DNA of 64,000 nt from Ophelia neglecta (taxonomy: Eukaryota). The notes under the pieces are model-generated. The model worked only from the letters and a program-made list of their open reading frames with translations. It made no database searches and had not been told where the DNA came from. Shown piece by piece: positions 57,219 to 64,000 of the stretch. The position numbers were made by a program, and so were the translations under genes. The DNA lies in contig OZ260661.1 of NCBI GenBank assembly GCA_965285935.1, positions 41,168,001 to 41,232,000 on the forward strand, written 5' to 3'. Each line of letters begins with the position of its first letter. Position 1 is the first letter of the stretch.

Positions 57219-59897
57219 ATGGAGGAAAGCAACGCGAGTCCTTCAGTGACATGTAGTGGTGGAATAATGACAGAAGAGCAGGCCCCCCAAGAGTCTGTTA
57301 CCATCATTCAAATGAGCACAGCTTCCAAGGCAGAGGCGACTGAGAGCTCACTTAACTGTCCTGGCATTGTTTCACGTTTCTCACCTGCTCACAGTGAAAA
57401 AATGATTGAAGCAGAAAAACAAGAAGGAACACTCACAGAAGAAGACGACATGCAAATCATAGATGTAGACACCGTTGATATGGTGGAATCATGTGATGAC
57501 ATTGTACCGAGTGAGGAGTCCCCATCAACAACTCAGAGTCGAACTCACCCGTGTGAAAATGAACCGACACCCGTCTTTACTCATAAGGACAAGAGCACAG
57601 ACAATAGGCATTTAGTGGTAGCCGTTATACCAGAGCAGAAAAGCCCGGAACAAGAAAGGACAAATCCGTCTCTAAACACTTCGTCTCCTCCAGACGTAAT
57701 TCCGATTCCGGCCAGAGTTCAAGTGAATCAAAATCCGACTCCCGCGGTAAGACTTACAAATTTCTCCATTGCTGAAATTCTCAAACCAGAATTTGGGCCA
57801 AACAGCAGAGACAATAAGCCTTGGCGACCTCTGGATTACAACGATGATTCTCCGTTTAGCAGTAGGGCAGATAAGTGCTTAGAAGGACAAAAGAAATCTG
57901 CCTCCTCCCGGGCACACTCCTTTTTAAAACAAGAAAAGTGCGATTTTAGGGAAGAGGAAGCCTTGACAGGTAGACGATCCTCTGGGGGGCCTTCTCCCGG
58001 GTCACCGTTGCCTCCTGCCGGGGAGATCCTGCCCCAGCCCATGATCTGGCCCGCCTGGGTCTACTGCACCAGATACTCAGATAGACCTTCCTCAGGTAGG
58101 AATTGTGAGTGAACTGTATACTTCCTTTTCCATTCATTACTTCATTTAATATAGCATGGCTACTGTAAATACGACCATATGTCAAACAAACAATGCATTG
58201 TCAATTTTACTCAAAACCGTAATGCATATAGGCTATTCACTTATCATGTACTAAAGACTTAATCTAGAATCTAGAATCCCCGGGCTTAGAATAAAAATCA
58301 AGTATTGAAAATGTCTCCTCATCATGTAGACTATATTCTGTGTGCTTAGCTAGTAAACTCATATAACCGTATACGACCAAACGCGGCCAACTCGCGCTTT
58401 CTTCCCGTAAGCCTAACCTAGCTTAAATCGCCTAAATTCCCCATCATTCTCCATATTACACGGAAGAATCGGATTCCTTTCTGTTTCCTTTGGTAAAGCA
58501 CACCAAAATACTAGGGCCTCTAAAATTTGACATACAAAAAGAAACTTCCTGCGAGAGAAGGGCGTTCTGACTCCCAGCAGTGAGAAGGAGATGACACACC
58601 CCAAAGATACAATCTATATCACTTGACTCACGTCCCACCAATTTTAAGTTTGTTGTGTCATATATTTATATATACATATATATATATATATAACCTAGTC
58701 CTAGCATAAGTCTAGATTTATTCACACTATACTAAATAACACTCAGGCATTGTGGTGATTACATAAGAAAAGCAAGATAAATATTTTGTCATTTTTTTTT
58801 ACTCACGGTCCATTACACCTTTAACTCATTATGATCACCGCCAATTAAGAAGGCATAACCAGAAATGAACTAAAATTAGTATTCTTAATATTCACCATAC
58901 AGTAATCCAGCGATAAGACTGCCACGTATGTGAGATGGGTGAAAACATCCATGCATATTCAAGCACATGTATAGAAAAGGGAGAATTTTGGAATCCCTGC
59001 CTCTGCCCGTATAACTGTATAACCAATATCGGGTATGCGCGAGGTGATCATCCGAGAAAAGCGGAATGTTTGCCAGGCTTGAGATAAATTAATTGCAGAG
59101 TTTTATCACCTTTTTGCCTCTCTCGAATTGAGTTATCTCAGCGACTCCGTTCAGTTATTAGACAGAGGCCGAGATTTGTCATTAATTTGTGGCACGCTGG
59201 CTTAAAGCGTCCTAGGAGACGCTGCAGACTCGCGACAGAATTCACCGAGAGAACGCGAGAAATATGGCGGCCAAATCACTCGGGCTATCCTGTTTGCCGT
59301 TTGAAGCTGACATTTTACCCGGCGATGATATGTCTAGAAGCTAATCGCCCGAGCGATAATCGGCAATGTTATGCCTTTCATTGATTTCAAGCATTGCTTG
59401 ACAATTATCAATATATTCGCCCAGTAGACGTACAGAGACAAAACTCTTAGAAAACACAGTTTTTTTTATGGTATTTTCCTAGTCGAGAGCTATTTATTCG
59501 CTTTCTGTGTTCATGCGTTCTGTTTGGTGTCAAAAAATGGTTTTCCATCCTTTTCCACTGTTTATTGAATACTTGTTTGTCACCAACAGGGCCGCGGACA
59601 AGGAAGATGAAAAAGAAGGAAAAGACCCCAGAGGAAAAGCGGCCTCGGACAGCGTTTACCAATGAACAGCTAAGGAAACTGCGGGTGGAATTCGAGGAAA
59701 ATCGCTATCTGACGGAGGAAAGGAGACAGCGTTTGGCTAGAGACCTCGACTTGAATGAGTCACAAATCAAAATCTGGTTTCAGAACAAACGAGCCAAAAT
59801 GAAGAAAGCCAGTGGGGTGAAAAACGCGCTGGCCCTACAGCTGATGGCGCAGGGACTATATCAACATTCCACGTGTTTAACAACAGACGACAACTGA
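57219..59897 (+). CDS. en: Engrailed homeobox protein, 2 exons, 394 aa
   Basis: Exon 1 57219-58095 carries EH1 ([14 protein letters not shown]) and EH2 ([17 protein letters not shown]). Exon 2 59590-59897 carries EH3 (PRTRKMKKK), the homeodomain ([13 protein letters not shown]...[15 protein letters not shown]) and EH5 ([16 protein letters not shown]). Phase-1 intron at the conserved SSG/PR position. Start codon taken as the first in-frame ATG. Confidence 0.96.
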
Positions 59898-62800
59898 AAA
59901 AGGAATTGTTCCTTCATGGTTTCTTAGCAGTTTGGTGATTAGCTTGTCTTGGCATTTTCTCCTCAAATGATATCTTCTAGGCTATATAAGGGCTGACCGT
60001 TTTTGAGATGAACATTGATTTTTCTAACTCCAATCTCGCACAACAGACACGGCTCTTATTAGTATTTTCCTTAGCAAACAAAGTCTTTAATGGCCTACAT
60101 ATATTATTTAAATATATACCAGTAAATAGCTATTCCCTTGGTAAACTCAAAAGAAATATTAGACAAAATTGCCTGGACACTGTACATATTTAATTCCTAA
60201 AAGACCAGCTTGCTAAAGGTCATGATATTATGTATATTGATTTGATTGTTTTGTATATAAACATATGAAAATTCAATTGTTGACAATGTTTTCAATGATC
60301 ATTACACAGTGAAACCTTCCAATTTTCAATTGATATTTGAAAAAAATCGAAGATGGATCTTGTGAGACAGTAAACAGCATGGGACGTTATTTAAACGTTA
60401 TAAACACTGATACGGCAGCCACGTAAAGAAAATAAAATGGTATGCAGCGTTATCAATAGTAAAAATAACATCAACAAAAAACAAAAACCCACAATTTATA
60501 TAAGTTTAACTGAAATAAGAAATTACGAGCTAAATAATCACAAAAATATTCGCAGATGAGTCAATTTTGAAAAAAGAGGTCAGAAAATAAGGCTTATTTT
60601 AGTGGTAGCTCTAACTTATGTCGTGTTAAATGCCAGTAATTGTTGGAAGCAACATAAAGATATAGGCCTACATTTCAGTCAAATAAATACATTTAGAATG
60701 TTAGAATGTAAATGAATAATTATGCAAACATATGCAAATTACGATAGTAACATCATTTCAGTATTTATTGGTAGAAATGCCGTGGCGCATTTCACTCTCA
60801 ATCGAGAAACACAGTGTCAGTATTTTTCCGATTAATATCTGATGTATCGCCAAAGACTGATGGAAGTACTGTTATAAAGTCATTTTGTTCTGATTTCTAA
60901 CACATATCGCAAGTTTATAATTTGACAGCGATGGTCCACCGTGTGTTTACCGGTAACAGAAAACCTCTTTGATGTCAACACAAGTGTTGATTAACTTCAC
61001 GCATACAAACCTATTCGTAACACTTTTTAAAGAAGCTCTAAAGCATGATGGCACTTGACACTCTTTAAACGGGTATCACTTTCCTTCTCCTTAAAGGTTC
61101 TATTAACTTAGTCCAGAAAGAAAATAAAGGTTAGGTTTTAAGGGGAAAAGAGGAGAATGTTGGTGACAATCAGGGTGGTCGTCGCACCACACACACATAG
61201 GACCCAAGATCAGATCGGTGGGTAAGATAACAATCAATTTAATTCCCTTTTAGTAAACAAGACACTAAAAAGTAAATAAATTTGTAACAACCGTGTAATA
61301 ACTTCACACGAATAATGAAAATACATTAAAGATTTTCATATAAGTCATTACTCTGACTTGGCTTGTCACTAATTGTGTGTAATACTTAAATGATTCTCTT
61401 TTTTAAATCCCGACCGTTTCGCTCGGCAGATTTGATGTTCTTAAGAGAAAGAATTGGCATAGTACCTAGGGTTATTAAATTAGCATTTCTTAGATTCGAC
61501 ATCATTTTATCAAGTAACTTGAAAAACAAACAGAGACAATGAGAAAGTGATCTATGAGTAGTTTTACAGTTGTATACCCATATACCCATATTGCACAAGA
61601 CTTTCCGTGGGGAGTCGGGAGCTATGCTGTATAATTCTCTAATTAAAGGGTAAATATCTGCTGGCCCTTATCTACATATGGCCGACGCTATTTCAGACGC
61701 CGATTAGTTCTGGAACGTTGAATATTCATTATATTTGCAATTGTGGTTTTCAATCTTGTAGGTCTACCTTTCATCTGGGAATAAAAGACTACAAGCTCGG
61801 CTATTTGTGTGGTAAATAGACTGATAATAGCAGATAATTATTTTGTCGTGTCGGTACAATGATCAAAGGAATGAGCGTGAGTAGTTGCCATCTTTGCGCG
61901 TGGACACACCGGGAAGTCAGCTATAATAATGCTAAACTGAACAAGAAATATAATAACATTGTAAAAGACCTGCCCCCAAGATTCAACAACAACTTAAATT
62001 GATTTTCTTTTTATTTACTGACAGCCATAAAGAAGTATTTTGTATTCATGGTTTTTCGGCGGCCCTGCTATTTTTCCGAAGCGGCATTCAGCTACAGCAA
62101 ACAAAGACAATCCACTTATGGCTCTATAAATGTTAAAATAAAACAAATAAATTAATAACGCTCATACCCTAGGTCTATTTCAACTTCACGTTTTCCGACT
62201 CAAAAGATAAATTTGGCATCTACAATCTGACTAAGCTATTTTGACAGAATACTTAATAACTAGATGACTATCATGAGAACCAAGCAGATGCAGTTATCAA
62301 TTTGACAAAGAAACAAATTCAGGCAGAGGGTTCATTTCCAAATATGTCGTGTCATAATGTTGTTTTAAGCTCGATGTCAACAGTTGTAAGCTCACTTGTG
62401 AACAAAGCCTTATCGTCAATTTTATTTATTAAAATGGCGATACTGCAACTTGATCCTTGTACGATCATCGGGCCACACAAGACGTTTGACTCTGTTCCTT
62501 AATTAAAGAATATGCCTCTATCGTCACATCTCGCCAAGAGTAACGACTAAAAAGGAGAGGTTATCACCCCCAGTGGCATGTAGTTGTGGGTGTCGCCATC
62601 CAACAAAATGAAATAGTTTTCACTTCTCATTAATCTTTCTCTGCGTCTACATTTTGATACACTACTTTTAATGAAACAAAAGCTAGATTCATATAGCCAA
62701 AATCAATAAATTAAGAGCTCAGGGCTTTGAAACCCACACTCGTCATAACACTGATTCTTGTGTTTCATCTGCAAAACCTAATTTAATGCAAATTAAAGCC

Positions 62801-64000
62801 AGTATTTTATAGTAATAAACAAATGGCAAAAACTTGCTGCCTTCAGTTGACACCATGTGATTGTGTATTGGACTATGTGCATCTTAAACTGCTCTATTCT
62901 ATGGTGGCGACACCTGTTTGATGCTATCAGACTAGAGAATAACGGCAGTGGGAGGATGCTGCCGAGTTATGTACTCAGTGTATTTGTACTCGTACAGAAG
63001 TTTTCATTGTGCATAAAACTGCAGACAGTCAATCAACACGTTTAGGTTGTTATACTTATCTCGAAGCTTGCCTACATGTTTTATACACATAAGCCTTGTT
63101 TTTACTTCGCTTTTCGCAATAAATTGCCTGTGCCCGTTATAACTAAGTCATTTGTTCATCTGTTCATCAACACTTGCACATGAAGAGGAAGAGCCCGTAA
63201 AAATAAGGTATGAAATGTTGCTATATCGAATGTGGACTTACTTGTTGACCTTTCGTGAATTGAACTCCTAATTTATGATGTACATGTAACAATTATTGAA
63301 GTAGGAGATTGATTATTGAAGCATTTTCCTTAACTATCAATTATGCTAATCTGAAGTAAAAAACACCAAAAAATGCCCATCTGGCTTTCCCAACCAAGCC
63401 CTCAAACGACACTTTGAAAAACAAGGTACTAAGCTCGCCGGTGTGTTTTTTCCAGTTGTTCACAACATTTTTTAAGTATATATAATTTCCTTCGCTTGTG
63501 GTTGATCTTGCTTTAACTAGTACAGTTAATAAATAGCCACAATAACCAATGAAAATATTATGACGATTATGATAATGAAAATGCTGTTAATGACTTATAA
63601 TGCAGTTGTGATGATGAAACAAATAAATTAGAATAATGATAATGACAAACTTAATAAAAAACATTATAAACGAAACAATGCAAATCATTGAAAGACGATT
63701 CATAATATCAGCAACAGCAATCCAAAAAACAACTAGGCCAACGCTGTCGGGGGGCCGACAGCAAGGGGTATATCCGCGAATGCGTGCAATAATCGTATGG
63801 GGAACATGGCATAAGGCGAGGTAGTGAATATGGTAGTTTTTAGTTGGCACAAGATAACGACCTAACTAATTTTTGCTCAGGTCATTAATAAAGTTAAACT
63901 AGTTCACTTATTACACAGTACCAGTTACCTTATTACACAGATTGTAGTAGGTTCTATTTGACCTCAATAATAATGCAGGTCATTCTTAAAGTTGGTGTCA

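Noticed and set aside
58096-59589. Invected-type 6-nt RS microexon in the engrailed intron
   Set aside because: No convincing AG-6nt-GT microexon was found by eye.

Overview
Animal (probably marine invertebrate, possibly lophotrochozoan) genomic DNA with spliceosomal genes; no prokaryotic features. From left to right: (1) a decayed 5'-truncated L2-clade LINE (~1.5-4.2 kb, minus); (2) a complete 7-exon Rab4 gene (8302-23315, minus, 212 aa) whose introns carry a MITE, a minisatellite and other repeat relics; (3) head-to-head with Rab4, a tandem array of six intact ARF-family small GTPase genes (23928-46881, plus), of which the last four come from a recent ~7-kb tandem duplication; (4) ~10 kb of non-coding DNA with MITEs and a 159-N gap; (5) a 2-exon engrailed gene (57219-59897, plus, 394 aa). 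The most interesting signal is the ARF array. The proteins look ARL11/ARL14-like rather than like canonical ARF1-6. Five of the six genes sit behind a shared NF-kB-like site + CRE promoter module, and an overlapping STAT(GAS)/kB element lies inside the cluster. The GTPase-core exons are homogenised while the membrane-targeting N-termini diverge. Together this suggests an immune- or stress-inducible, concertedly evolving GTPase array. That interpretation is inference and needs expression data and a phylogeny. All exon models and alignments were done by eye.
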